From positions 32,001 to 96,000 of the forward strand of contig JBDHHQ010000008.1 in assembly GCA_039589315.1 (NCBI GenBank): a stretch of DNA of 64,000 nt, read 5' to 3'. The notes under the pieces are model-generated. The model saw only the letters and a program-made list of their open reading frames with translations, was not told where the DNA came from and did no database searches. The position numbers and the translations under genes were made by a program. The stretch comes from Gemmatimonadota bacterium. GTDB lineage: Bacteria; Gemmatimonadota; Gemmatimonadetes; Longimicrobiales; Gaopeijiaceae. How positions within the stretch are numbered: the stretch's first letter is position 1; every line of letters begins with the position of its first letter. Shown here piece after piece: positions 43,259-52,998 of the stretch.

Positions 43259-44413
43259 ATGAAGATCATCGTGTCGTCCAACTTCTCACACTGTGCCCAC
43301 CGTCCAGGGGCCCTGGACAACCGCGTGGCCCACGTACGTGGGCTGGCGAGCCTCGGTCACGAGGTCTACGTGATAGAGGACGTGGCTCCCGAGAGGTGCT
43401 TCGACGCTAGATACGAGCCTGTTCGGTTCGAGGACTGGGCCGGCCGCGACCGCTTCCGCTCTGTCGTCGGCGCGCTCGGTCTGCGGACCAGGTCCGCGCT
43501 CATCTACGACCGGGGTCGGGCGACGTACGGGATGTCTCTGGCCGAGGTGGAGTCTCACGCGAGGTCGGCCGATCTCCTCGTCAGCATCGCCAGCGCCCTG
43601 GATACGGAGTCCGTGCGAGACGTGGTCCCGTGCCGGGTCTATGTCGACACGGCGCCGGCCAAGGTCCAGGTCTACCACGCTCAGTACGGGATAGACTACG
43701 GCTTCGAGCACTATCATCACTTCTTCACGTTCGGATTGAACATCGGGTCCGCGGACTGTCCGATCCCCACCTGTGGCGTGCAGTGGCGGGGAATCCTGCC
43801 TCCCGTGGTCCTGGCCGATTGGCCCCGGGCAACGTCGCTCGAAGGCGACCGCTTCACGACCGTATCGAGCTGGGCCGGAAGCAAGCACACGTTCGACTAC
43901 GCGGGGATCTACTCGGGAGACAAGGCGGACGAGTGGAGACGATTCGCCGAGCTCCCGGGGAAGACCGACCAGACGCTCGAGATCGCGTTGAACATCCATC
44001 CCGCCTACCGGGAGGACATCGAGCTGCTGGAGGGAAACGGATGGGTCCTGCGGCCTGCGGCCGAGCTCGATTCCGTCGAGACCTACCGGACGTACCTCAG
44101 CGAATCCCGGGCGGAGCTCAGCGTCGCCAACGCCCGCTACGTGCGCTTCAACACCGGGTTCTTCGGTGACCGGACGGCTCGCTACCTCGCCTGCGGCAGG
44201 CCGGCCCTGATCCAGCGGACCGGGTTCGATGGCCAGCTGCCGGTGGGGGAAGGACTCCTGACGTTCGAGACGCTGGAGGAGGCCGCCGCAGGTATCCAGG
44301 AGATCAACGGGCGCTACGCCCGCCACGCCGAGGCGGCCCGGAGCATCGCGGAAGAGTACTTCGACGCCGAGCGCGTGCTCTCCCGAGTGCTCGCGGAGAT
44401 CGGTTGTCCATGA
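43259..44413 (+). CDS. Atypical GT-B-fold glycosyltransferase-like protein (type c1)
   Basis: MKIIVSS, GLASLGHEVYVIE, SGDKADEW, GFFGDRTARYLACGRP. Confidence 0.75.
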   Translation: MKIIVSSNFSHCAHRPGALDNRVAHVRGLASLGHEVYVIEDVAPERCFDARYEPVRFEDWAGRDRFRSVVGALGLRTRSALIYDRGRATYGMSLAEVESHARSADLLVSIASALDTESVRDVVPCRVYVDTAPAKVQVYHAQYGIDYGFEHYHHFFTFGLNIGSADCPIPTCGVQWRGILPPVVLADWPRATSLEGDRFTTVSSWAGSKHTFDYAGIYSGDKADEWRRFAELPGKTDQTLEIALNIHPAYREDIELLEGNGWVLRPAAELDSVETYRTYLSESRAELSVANARYVRFNTGFFGDRTARYLACGRPALIQRTGFDGQLPVGEGLLTFETLEEAAAGIQEINGRYARHAEAARSIAEEYFDAERVLSRVLAEIGCP

Positions 44414-46221
44414 GCAGCGAGCGCCAAGCGCCCGCCGACCTCGCGTTGATGCGCCGCGCCCTCGTCATGGCGCGGCCGTACTGGCCTCACATCGTCGCGA
44501 CGTTCCTGATCACGTTGGTCGCGACCCCCATCGCCCTCCTGCAGCCACTGCCGCTCAAGATCGCCGTCGACAGTGTCATTGGCGACGACGCCCTCCCGGG
44601 CTTTCTGGAGCCTTGGGTCCCACGGGCCTTTTCGTCCTCGACGTTGGGCCTGCTGGTCTTCTCGGCAGCCCTCGTCGTGCTGGTCGAGCTTCTGGCACGC
44701 CTGCACAAGCTGGTGACCGCGGTGCTCCAGATCTACACGTCCGAACGGCTCGTCCTGGACGTGCGCTCGCAGCTCTTCCGGCACGCGGAGGGCCTGTCGC
44801 TCTCCTACCATGACGCCAGGGGCTCGGCCGACGCGTTGTACCGGCTCCAGTCGGACGCTCCGTCCATCAACGCCATCGCGCTGGGAGGGGTCGTCCCGCT
44901 CATTCGCTCCATCGTCACGTCGATCGCCATGCTGTACGTCACCGCGCGCATCGACCTGACCCTGACTCTCGTGGCGGTCACGGTGTTTCCGGTCACGCTC
45001 ATGGTGACGCTCATCGCCAAGCGGCGATTCCGGAGCCGGTGGCGCGGCGTGAAGGAAATCGAGAGCTCTGCGCTGGCCGTGGCGCAAGAAGTGCTCACGA
45101 GCCTCCGGGTGGTGAAGGCATTCGGGCAGGAGGAGAGAGAGCGCCGGAGATTCGAGCGTGTGTCGCAACAGGGGATCGGAGCCCGGATCCGGGTCCACAT
45201 CGCCCACAGCGGATTCAGCATCCTGGCGGGGTTGATCCGGGCCGGCGGCACGGCGGCGGTCCTGTTCTTGGGCGTGCTGCACGTCCTGGATGGGACGCTC
45301 ACCTTGGGCTCGCTGTTGCTCGTGATGTCCTACCTGGCCCAGCTCTACGGTCCGCTACTCGCGCTGGGGCAGCAGTTCACGGCTCTGCAGCGCTCGTTCG
45401 CCAGCGCCGAGCGGGTGTTCGAGTTCCTGGACCGGGAGCCCGACGTGCAGGAGGCACCGAACCCACGCCGCCTGGAGAGGGCACGCGGAGCCTTCGTATT
45501 CGACGGTGTCTCGTTCTCGTACGGGGAGGAGACGGTGCTCGACGGGTTCGAGCTGTCGGTGCCTGCTGGCGCTCGCGTGGGTGTCGCAGGCCGAACCGGG
45601 GCGGGGAAGACGACCCTGATGAATCTTCTCGCTCGGTTCTACGATCCGACCAGTGGTCGTATCCTGCTGGACGACGTCGACATCCGGGAGTTCAAGGTCT
45701 CGGATCTACGGGGGCAGTTCGGCATCGTGCTGCAGGAGCCGGTCCTGTTCTCCACCACGGTCGCGGAGAACATCGCGTACGGGTGCCCGACCGCGTCGAG
45801 GTCCGAGATCGTGGGTGCGGCCAGGGCGGCCAACGTGCACGACTTCCTCGAGGGGCTGCCCAACGGCTACGAAACCGAGGTGGGTGAGCGGGGGATGCGC
45901 ATGTCCGGCGGAGAGCGACAGCGCATCGCTCTGGCCCGGGCCTTCCTGAGGGACGCACCGATCCTGATCCTCGACGAGCCCACCAGCTCGGTGGACATCG
46001 AGACCGAGAGCTCGATCATGGAGGCCATGCAGCGGCTCATGCGGGGGCGCACGACCTTTCTCATCGCCCATCGTCTGCAGACCCTGGAGGCGTGCGACCT
46101 GCTTTTGGTCATGGACGGTGGGAGGCTGATCTCGGTGACTACGAAGGTAGAGGAGGCCCTGGGCGCCGTGCAGCAGGCAGGGGCGTTGGACGCTGCAACC
46201 GAAGCCGACGGCCAGCCGTGA
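44410..46221 (+). CDS. ABC exporter, fused TMD-NBD (MsbA/NdvA-like)
   Basis: N-terminal TM domain, Walker A GRTGAGKT, signature MSGGERQR, Walker B ILILDE, IAHR. Confidence 0.95.
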   Translation: MSSERQAPADLALMRRALVMARPYWPHIVATFLITLVATPIALLQPLPLKIAVDSVIGDDALPGFLEPWVPRAFSSSTLGLLVFSAALVVLVELLARLHKLVTAVLQIYTSERLVLDVRSQLFRHAEGLSLSYHDARGSADALYRLQSDAPSINAIALGGVVPLIRSIVTSIAMLYVTARIDLTLTLVAVTVFPVTLMVTLIAKRRFRSRWRGVKEIESSALAVAQEVLTSLRVVKAFGQEERERRRFERVSQQGIGARIRVHIAHSGFSILAGLIRAGGTAAVLFLGVLHVLDGTLTLGSLLLVMSYLAQLYGPLLALGQQFTALQRSFASAERVFEFLDREPDVQEAPNPRRLERARGAFVFDGVSFSYGEETVLDGFELSVPAGARVGVAGRTGAGKTTLMNLLARFYDPTSGRILLDDVDIREFKVSDLRGQFGIVLQEPVLFSTTVAENIAYGCPTASRSEIVGAARAANVHDFLEGLPNGYETEVGERGMRMSGGERQRIALARAFLRDAPILILDEPTSSVDIETESSIMEAMQRLMRGRTTFLIAHRLQTLEACDLLLVMDGGRLISVTTKVEEALGAVQQAGALDAATEADGQP

Positions 46222-46341
46222 AGATCATCCACCCAGGGGCCGAAACCGGAATGGCGAATGCGTTCGGCGGACCTGCTCGGTGAGGCGTAGCACTCCAGCG
46301 GGGCCGAGGCCTCGCGGCCCCGCGCCGAAGAAGGGGTCGGC

Positions 46342-47508
46342 GTGCGACGCGGGTTGAGAGTGATCGTCTCGAGCGTGTTCTCACGCACGCGATACGCGGA
46401 GCTCCCCGGAGATCGCGACGCCCGGATGGCCTTCGCTGTGGGCTTCCGCGCGTTGGGGCACGACGTGTTCGTCGTGGAGGAGGTGGAAGAGGGTCAATGC
46501 CTGGATTCAAGTGGCCAGATCGTGCCCTTCGACGAGTGGCGCGGGCGTGATCGCTTCCTGGCGACCATGCGGGAGTATGGCTTCGCCGATCGATGCTGCC
46601 TCGACTACCGCGGCGGACAGGCGACGGTCGGCATGAGTCGGCACGCGCTGCGGGGTGCCGCGAGCGGTGCGGATCTGCTCCTGGCCGTCGGCGGGCGCCT
46701 CCGCAACCCTGAGCTTCTCGAGGCCGCCGGGCACCGCGCCTACGTGGATATCAACCCCGGCAAGACGCAGGTCTACGCGTTCGAGTACGACGTCGACTAC
46801 GGACTCTCCGCTTTCGACTCGCACTTCAGCGTGGGGCTCGCGATTGGCCAGCCCCAGTGTCCACTCCCGACCGGGGGCTTCCAGTGGCATCCCCTCGTGA
46901 TGCCGGTCGTCCTCGACCGCTGGCGCCCGAACGCCGCTTCAGGTCGAGCCTTCACGAGCATTACGAGCTGGAACCGCAAGCACGACTTTGACTTTCAGGG
47001 CGTCGCCTCTGGAGACAAGGTGGAGCAATGGCTGCGGTTCGTCGACCTTCCGAACCGCACCGGCCAGAGCATGGAGATCGTGCTCCCGGTTCGGGAGATC
47101 AGCGCGCGGGACCTGGGTCTCCTCACGGCCAGTGGTTGGCTGGTCAGGGATGGTGAGCGACAGGAGACGCTCAACGACTACGTGCAGTTGCTGTCTTCGT
47201 CGAAGGCGGAATTCAGCGTGGCGAACGGAAGATACGTGAAGTTCCGGACGGGTTGGTTCAGCGACCGGACTTCTCGGTACATGGCGACCGGCCGGCCCGT
47301 CCTCGTCCAGTCGACGGGGATCGAGCACCTCCTACCCGTGGGTCGAGGGTTGCTGACGTTCCGCACGATCGAGGAAGCGGTGTCGGGAATCGACGAGATC
47401 AACTCGGATCACGCGGGCCACTCCAGCGCTGCGCTGGAGATCGCCCGTGAGTTTTCGGCGTCTGACAGGGTGCTTGCCGGGCTTCTGCGCATCGTGGGGC
47501 TCTCATGA
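46342..47508 (+). CDS. Atypical GT-B-fold glycosyltransferase-like protein (type c2)
   Basis: RVIVSS, GFRALGHDVFVVE, SGDKVEQW, GWFSDRTSRYMATGRP. Confidence 0.75.
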   Translation: MRRGLRVIVSSVFSRTRYAELPGDRDARMAFAVGFRALGHDVFVVEEVEEGQCLDSSGQIVPFDEWRGRDRFLATMREYGFADRCCLDYRGGQATVGMSRHALRGAASGADLLLAVGGRLRNPELLEAAGHRAYVDINPGKTQVYAFEYDVDYGLSAFDSHFSVGLAIGQPQCPLPTGGFQWHPLVMPVVLDRWRPNAASGRAFTSITSWNRKHDFDFQGVASGDKVEQWLRFVDLPNRTGQSMEIVLPVREISARDLGLLTASGWLVRDGERQETLNDYVQLLSSSKAEFSVANGRYVKFRTGWFSDRTSRYMATGRPVLVQSTGIEHLLPVGRGLLTFRTIEEAVSGIDEINSDHAGHSSAALEIAREFSASDRVLAGLLRIVGLS

Positions 47509-48407
47509 GCACCGCGGATGGGCCCGGAGCACCTACTTTCTATCTCCTGGGTGCGCAGAAGTGTGGCACGAGCTCGCTCCACTACTACTTGCACCAGCAC
47601 CCGGAGATCTGCGTCTCATGGCCCAAGGAGCCCGTGTTCTTCGAGGCGTACTGGGACCGGGGCGTGCCGTGGTACTGGAACACGTACTTCTCGCATTGGG
47701 CCGGCGAGCCCGTCATCGGCGAGGCTCGGGTCCGCAACCTGTATCTGCCGTACGTGGCACCGCGGATCAAGCAGGTATCACCGAACGCAAAGCTCGTGGC
47801 GATTGTCCGGAATCCGGTGGATCGGGCCTTCTCGACGTGGATGATGTGGACGGCCCGTGGCCACGAGCGCCGTACGTTCGAGGAGGCGGTCGAGGCCGAG
47901 CTCGCGCTACTCGACTCGGGCACGGGGCTGGACGGAGAGGACGGGGAGCGCCGCTGGATCGAGAATCTGATCGTTGCGGACCGGAAGGGCCTCGACTTCT
48001 GGCCGCGGACCTTCATGGCATGTGTCGAGCTGGGGTATTACGCGCGGCAGCTGAGACGCTACCTCGAGTTCTTCCCCCGAGACTCCCTGCACGTGCTCTT
48101 CACCGAGGAGCTACGGGAGGATCCCGTCCGAGAGATGCAGCGCCTCTTTCGATTCCTCGATGTCGATCCGCAGGTGCCTCTGGAGGATCTGCAGGTCCTG
48201 AACCGGTCTTTTCTGAAGAAGGGCGTCCGGCGGGTGCTCGACGACCGGGCGGCAGACCTGGGAGACCCCGCAGAGGCGACGGTCACGACCTACCACCGCG
48301 CCCTCATGAAACCCGAGACCCGACGCTTTCTCCTGCGGCACTACGAAGCGCACAACCGTGATCTCGGCCTCTTGTTGGACGTGGACCTGTCGCGTTGGGA
48401 CGAGTAG
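47505..48407 (+). CDS. PAPS-dependent sulfotransferase
   Basis: 5'-PSB GAQKCGTSSL, KEPVFF, 3'-PB RNPVDRAFS. Confidence 0.92.
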   Translation: MSTADGPGAPTFYLLGAQKCGTSSLHYYLHQHPEICVSWPKEPVFFEAYWDRGVPWYWNTYFSHWAGEPVIGEARVRNLYLPYVAPRIKQVSPNAKLVAIVRNPVDRAFSTWMMWTARGHERRTFEEAVEAELALLDSGTGLDGEDGERRWIENLIVADRKGLDFWPRTFMACVELGYYARQLRRYLEFFPRDSLHVLFTEELREDPVREMQRLFRFLDVDPQVPLEDLQVLNRSFLKKGVRRVLDDRAADLGDPAEATVTTYHRALMKPETRRFLLRHYEAHNRDLGLLLDVDLSRWDE

Positions 48408-48428
48408 CGGCGTGCTCCGGCGCGAGGT

Positions 48429-49346
48429 TCACATCTTCGGGATCAGGCGCAGGCCTGCGAGATAGACGTCTTGTGCGAACGCCTTGTGGTGCTTTCGTCC
48501 CCAGCGCAACAGGTGGGGCAGGCACCTGGCCCTTTCCGTCACCGGGATTGGCGCCCTCGCGAGGCCAGCCACGTGCTCGCGAAGCAGGCGCCATTGGGGA
48601 AATGTGAGGGAGCCGGCTCGCTGCGGTGCGTACCACTCGATCGCCTCGTGCGGATTCCGCCAGGGGTACTTCCGGATTGAACGCTCCGGGTGCTCGCGGA
48701 CGCTGTACAGGGTCTCGGGCACCTCGTGGAACCGCCCAACGAGACTCAGTGCGCTCAACAGGGGCCGATCATGAGCGGCGTAATCGCCGAGCAGGGAGGT
48801 GCGGCCGAGTATCTCGCGCCGCATGACGGCCCAAACGGGGAAGGCCTTTCCCAGGAACAGGGCGTCGCGAAAGCGCTCGTTGGGTCGGGGCGAGCCGCAG
48901 CGGCCGGCGAGTGCGTGTGGCGCCAGGGTCTTCCCGGTCGCGTCGATGATCACACTCCGTGTGTGGCTCAGTGCGAGTCCCGGATCATCGTCGAGTGCCG
49001 CGACGCAACGCTCGAGATAGGTGGGCTGGCACAGGTCGTCGTGAGCCATCCACTTGAAGTAGCGTCCCTGGGTGCCTCGGAATACCCGCGTGTAGTTGGC
49101 CGAGGCTCCCAGGTTCGTCTCGTTGCGAGAATAGGTGACGCGAGGGTCCTGAGCGACGAAGGCCTGGCAGATCTCCCGTGTCCGATCAGATGAGGCGTTA
49201 TCGGAAATGAACAGCTCGAAGTCACCAAAGGTCTGAACGAGCAGCGAGTCGATGGCCTGTTCCAGGTAGTTCTCGCCGTTGAACACGGGGAGGCCGATGC
49301 CGACTGCGGGCGGCTCAGGGGGTGAGTGGGCTCCAGGATTCGTCAC
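48429..49346 (-). CDS. GT2 family glycosyltransferase
   Basis: IGLPVFNGE, SDNASSD, WMAHDD; GTGA overlap with the upstream gene. Confidence 0.92.
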   Translation of the reverse strand: MTNPGAHSPPEPPAVGIGLPVFNGENYLEQAIDSLLVQTFGDFELFISDNASSDRTREICQAFVAQDPRVTYSRNETNLGASANYTRVFRGTQGRYFKWMAHDDLCQPTYLERCVAALDDDPGLALSHTRSVIIDATGKTLAPHALAGRCGSPRPNERFRDALFLGKAFPVWAVMRREILGRTSLLGDYAAHDRPLLSALSLVGRFHEVPETLYSVREHPERSIRKYPWRNPHEAIEWYAPQRAGSLTFPQWRLLREHVAGLARAPIPVTERARCLPHLLRWGRKHHKAFAQDVYLAGLRLIPKM

Positions 49347-50635
49347 TGACGCGGTTTCCCCAGTGCCACCGCGGGCCAATCGATCTCCATGGACGACAGC
49401 GAGGCGCGGACCTCTTCCAGGTAGAGCGGGTTCATGACGATCACGAGCGAATCTGGCCGTCCCCTCAGACGTTGCGGAGACACGACTTCGAGTCCGCTCC
49501 CCGGAAGGAACGTCCCCTGCTTGTGGGGATTCATGTCGACGACCAGATCAGGCTGATGCGAAGCGCCCATGGCAGAGCAGAACGCGACGGCTTTGGACCC
49601 GCCTCCCCAGAGAATGGTCTGCCGTCCCTCTGAGCGCGCCTCCGCGATCCGGGCTCTCCAGCCCTCCACCTGTTCGGCGACTCTGGCTTCGAACATGCGC
49701 GCGCCATGGGCGATGAGCGCCCGCTCTCCAGCCGTGCCGAGTGTCGGAACGGGCCGGACGGCTCGCGCCGGGCGGCCAGGGGTGATGTCTGGTGGGGCTG
49801 CGGCAACGGCCGGATGCGCGGCTCCGTCGCGGTTGGCGTGAACGGCGGCGAGCATGAGGTACTGGCCACCGTAGTCGGTCCAGGTGTCGAGCACGTGGAA
49901 CCCGGCACCCTCGAACAACCCCGTGAGGCACGAGGCCGTGAAGTACGAGCAGTGTTCGTAGTACACGTCCCAGAATGCCGCCTCTTCGACGATGCGGCGG
50001 GCGTCTGGAACCTGAAAGAAGACGACAGCTCGCGGCGCGCTCCGAACCCCGTGGCGGATCGTGCGGACGAAGTGACGGACGTCGCGCACGTGCTCGAGGG
50101 TCATCTTGCAGCAGACGAAGTCCGGCGCCTCCCACCCAGGGGGTAGACCCGCGGGCGGTGGATAGAGGGTCCGTTCGTAGCGGACCCTCTCGTCGCCGGC
50201 TGCAGGATTTCGCTCGGGCACGAACGCCGGGTCGAATCCGAGGCCCTCGTTGTCTCCCATCCGACAGAGCAGGGCCAGAAACTCCCCCTTGCCACAGCCG
50301 ATCTCCAGGATCCGCTTGCCTCGGAGGTTCCATCGCTCGATGAGGTCTTCGGCCAGCCTTTCGTGGAAGGCCTGGAAGGTGGGGGAAAAGCCCTGGGTCT
50401 CCTCGTAGCGCGCGGAGAACTCCTGAATCTGCGGGTCGAAGGCGTAGTTGTAGATGAACTCGCACGCGAGGCACAGGTGAAGATCGACGTCTCCCCTGAG
50501 TTGCGCGGCGGCCGCGGCTCGGGTGTCCATGAGGAGCACCGATTGCACCGGCACGTCGCGGACGAAATACAGACGCCGGCCGGGACCGCTCCCACACGCG
50601 GGACACGTCGAGGCCTGTCTCCCTCGGCGGGGCAA
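49343..50635 (-). CDS. NDP-hexose C-methyltransferase-like protein (Zn-binding, SAM-dependent)
   Basis: CPACG...CLAC, EIGCGKG, YYEHCSYF, WGGGSK, VDMNPHKQG. Confidence 0.85.
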   Translation of the reverse strand: MPRRGRQASTCPACGSGPGRRLYFVRDVPVQSVLLMDTRAAAAAQLRGDVDLHLCLACEFIYNYAFDPQIQEFSARYEETQGFSPTFQAFHERLAEDLIERWNLRGKRILEIGCGKGEFLALLCRMGDNEGLGFDPAFVPERNPAAGDERVRYERTLYPPPAGLPPGWEAPDFVCCKMTLEHVRDVRHFVRTIRHGVRSAPRAVVFFQVPDARRIVEEAAFWDVYYEHCSYFTASCLTGLFEGAGFHVLDTWTDYGGQYLMLAAVHANRDGAAHPAVAAAPPDITPGRPARAVRPVPTLGTAGERALIAHGARMFEARVAEQVEGWRARIAEARSEGRQTILWGGGSKAVAFCSAMGASHQPDLVVDMNPHKQGTFLPGSGLEVVSPQRLRGRPDSLVIVMNPLYLEEVRASLSSMEIDWPAVALGKPRQ

Positions 50636-50665
50636 GGAGCTCAGAGGTAACCGCCTTTCCGGGGT

Positions 50666-51925
50666 CTACACCAATCCGGGCTCTGGCACTGGCACGATGA
50701 ACCGTCCCCCGCGGCGCACGTACTCCTGCTGTTGTGCCATGATCTCGGATGCGAAGTTCCATGCCAGGAGCAACGTGTAGTCAGGCATGTCCTCCTCCAG
50801 CCGGCCGACCGGGTGTATGGGAAGGTGGTTGCCCCCCATGAAGCGGCCGTGCTTGAAGGGGTTGAGGTCCACGATGTAGTCGAGTTGGCTGTCGTCGATC
50901 TCACAGTAGCTCATCAACGTGGCAGCCTTGGCGGCGGCACCGTACCCCACGATGCGGTGTCCCTCCGCCTTCAGCCTGGCCAGCAGCTCCTGAAGCTGCC
51001 GGCGAATCCCGTGTACGCGCTCGGCGAAATCGCGGCAGTAGGCCAGCGTCTCCACTCCGTCCCGGGCCTCCCGGGTCAGCAAAGCCGATACGGAATCTCG
51101 GACTGCGGACCGGTGCCCCACCTGGAGTCGAAGGGACCCGCCGTGGATCGGGATCCGGTCGATCTGGTTCAGGGCGAGGCCGTTGCGCGCGAAGAGCCGA
51201 TCCAGCGCCGTTAGCGAGAAGTAGCACAGGTGCTGGTGGTAGATCGTGTCGAACTCGCAGTGCTCCATGAGGTCCACCACGTATGGGACCTCGATCACCG
51301 CCACGCCGTCGTCGGCCAGGAGGATCTGGATTCCCCGGACGAAGCCGTTCAGATCCGGGACGTGGGCCAGGACGTTGTTGGCGATCACCACGTCCGCCCG
51401 CTTCCCCTGCCGCCGAAGCTCCGCCGCCAGCTCTTGGCCGAAGAACTCCTTCAAGGTGGGGATGCCCTCCCGCAGGGCAGCATCGGCTGGTGCGCTGGCC
51501 GGATCGATCCCCAACACCGGGATCCCCCGGTCGCGGAAGTTGCGCAGCATGTAGCCGTCGTTGCTCGCCAGCTCGACCACCAGGCTGTGTGGACCCAGCT
51601 CACGTGACGCCAGCAGGGACTCGGCGTTCGAGCGCGCATTCTCCAGGACGGTCTTCGATACGGACGAGAAGTAGGGGTAGTCCCGGCAGAACAGCTCCTC
51701 CGGCGATACCGATTCCGTGATCTGAACCAAACCACATCCGCCACAGAGAGCGACCCGGAGGGGAGCCATGGGCTCGGGCTGGTCCAGCTGCTCGACCGTC
51801 AGCAGACGGTCGGCCAGGGGCGTGACCCCGAGGTCCAGGAACACACCGACTGCGTCTCCCCGACAGGAACGGCAGACGGACCCTTCGGGTGCGTCCACCC
51901 GGCGGCGGGTGGGCGGCGAGCTCAC
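50666..51925 (-). CDS. NDP-hexose C3-methyltransferase-like protein (TylC3/EryBIII/TcaB9 family)
   Basis: CRSC...[39 protein letters not shown]. Confidence 0.9.
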   Translation of the reverse strand: MSSPPTRRRVDAPEGSVCRSCRGDAVGVFLDLGVTPLADRLLTVEQLDQPEPMAPLRVALCGGCGLVQITESVSPEELFCRDYPYFSSVSKTVLENARSNAESLLASRELGPHSLVVELASNDGYMLRNFRDRGIPVLGIDPASAPADAALREGIPTLKEFFGQELAAELRRQGKRADVVIANNVLAHVPDLNGFVRGIQILLADDGVAVIEVPYVVDLMEHCEFDTIYHQHLCYFSLTALDRLFARNGLALNQIDRIPIHGGSLRLQVGHRSAVRDSVSALLTREARDGVETLAYCRDFAERVHGIRRQLQELLARLKAEGHRIVGYGAAAKAATLMSYCEIDDSQLDYIVDLNPFKHGRFMGGNHLPIHPVGRLEEDMPDYTLLLAWNFASEIMAQQQEYVRRGGRFIVPVPEPGLV

Positions 51926-52995
51926 CCGGAGTGGCCGGCGAGAAGCGTGGACGAGGAGGGTAGGGTCCCCGCGTCGACCCACCGCAGCTCCCGCCCGAGC
52001 AGCCCCCGCTCCATGAGCAGCCGGAGCTGCTGAAGGCGGCGGTAGCGGGCGCCCTCGAAGTCCTCGAGCACCAGCCCCGTATCGGCGTACGCCCGGTAGA
52101 GCTCCTGGGCGCCTTGGCGCGCCGTCCACGACGGCTGGAACCCCGGGATCGTCCGGGGCAGCCGGTCACACGACACCCGGTAGCAGCGCAGGTCTGCTCC
52201 GGCCCCGGGCGCGAGCTCGACGCTCGACCCGGGCACGGTCTCCCTGACGATCTCGGCCAGGTCACGAACCCGGTAGTTCTCGGTCGTCCGTCCGACGTTG
52301 AAGCCACGGTTGTGGACGAGGTCCCGAGGTGCCTCGAGCACGGCCGCGAAAGCCCGGGAGATGTCGTCGATATGCACAACGGGACGCCAGGCCATCCCGT
52401 CGCTCTTGAGACGCACGACCCCGGTGGTGAACGCCCACGCCACCAGGTTGTTGAGCACGAGATCGAAGCGAAGGCGTGGCGACACGCCGAAGGCCGTGGC
52501 ACTGCGCAGGAACACGGGGCTGAATCCTTCGTCGGCCAGGGCCGAGACTTCCCACTCCACCATCACCTTGGATTTGCCGTATGGCGTCACCGGATTCAAC
52601 AGCGACGATTCGTCGAGGAAATCGTCGCCTCCGGCGCCGTAGTTGCTGCACGACGACGAGAAGACGAAGCGTCCGACGCCCGCCTCCCTCGCCAGCTTCG
52701 CGAGCCTCACGGACGCGTGGAAGTTGATCTCGTAGGTCAGCGCGGGGTCCAGGTCTCCGAGGGGATCGTTGGAGAGGCCCGCCAGGTGCAGCACGGCGTC
52801 AAACCCCTGCAGGTCCGACAACGCCACGTCCCGGATGTCCATGCCGAGGTTGGGGATCTCCGGGGGAGGCTCGCCGAACGAAGAGAAACGATAGAGGTCG
52901 GTGTCGAGTCCGACGACGTCATGGCCGCGGTCCGCGAGCATCGGTACGAGGATCGTGCCGATGTATCCGCGGTGTCCGGTGACGAGGACCCTCAC
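51922..52995 (-). CDS. NAD-dependent nucleotide-sugar epimerase/dehydratase (extended SDR)
   Basis: [30 protein letters not shown]. Confidence 0.92.
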   Translation of the reverse strand: MRVLVTGHRGYIGTILVPMLADRGHDVVGLDTDLYRFSSFGEPPPEIPNLGMDIRDVALSDLQGFDAVLHLAGLSNDPLGDLDPALTYEINFHASVRLAKLAREAGVGRFVFSSSCSNYGAGGDDFLDESSLLNPVTPYGKSKVMVEWEVSALADEGFSPVFLRSATAFGVSPRLRFDLVLNNLVAWAFTTGVVRLKSDGMAWRPVVHIDDISRAFAAVLEAPRDLVHNRGFNVGRTTENYRVRDLAEIVRETVPGSSVELAPGAGADLRCYRVSCDRLPRTIPGFQPSWTARQGAQELYRAYADTGLVLEDFEGARYRRLQQLRLLMERGLLGRELRWVDAGTLPSSSTLLAGHSG

Positions 52996-52998
52996 GGG

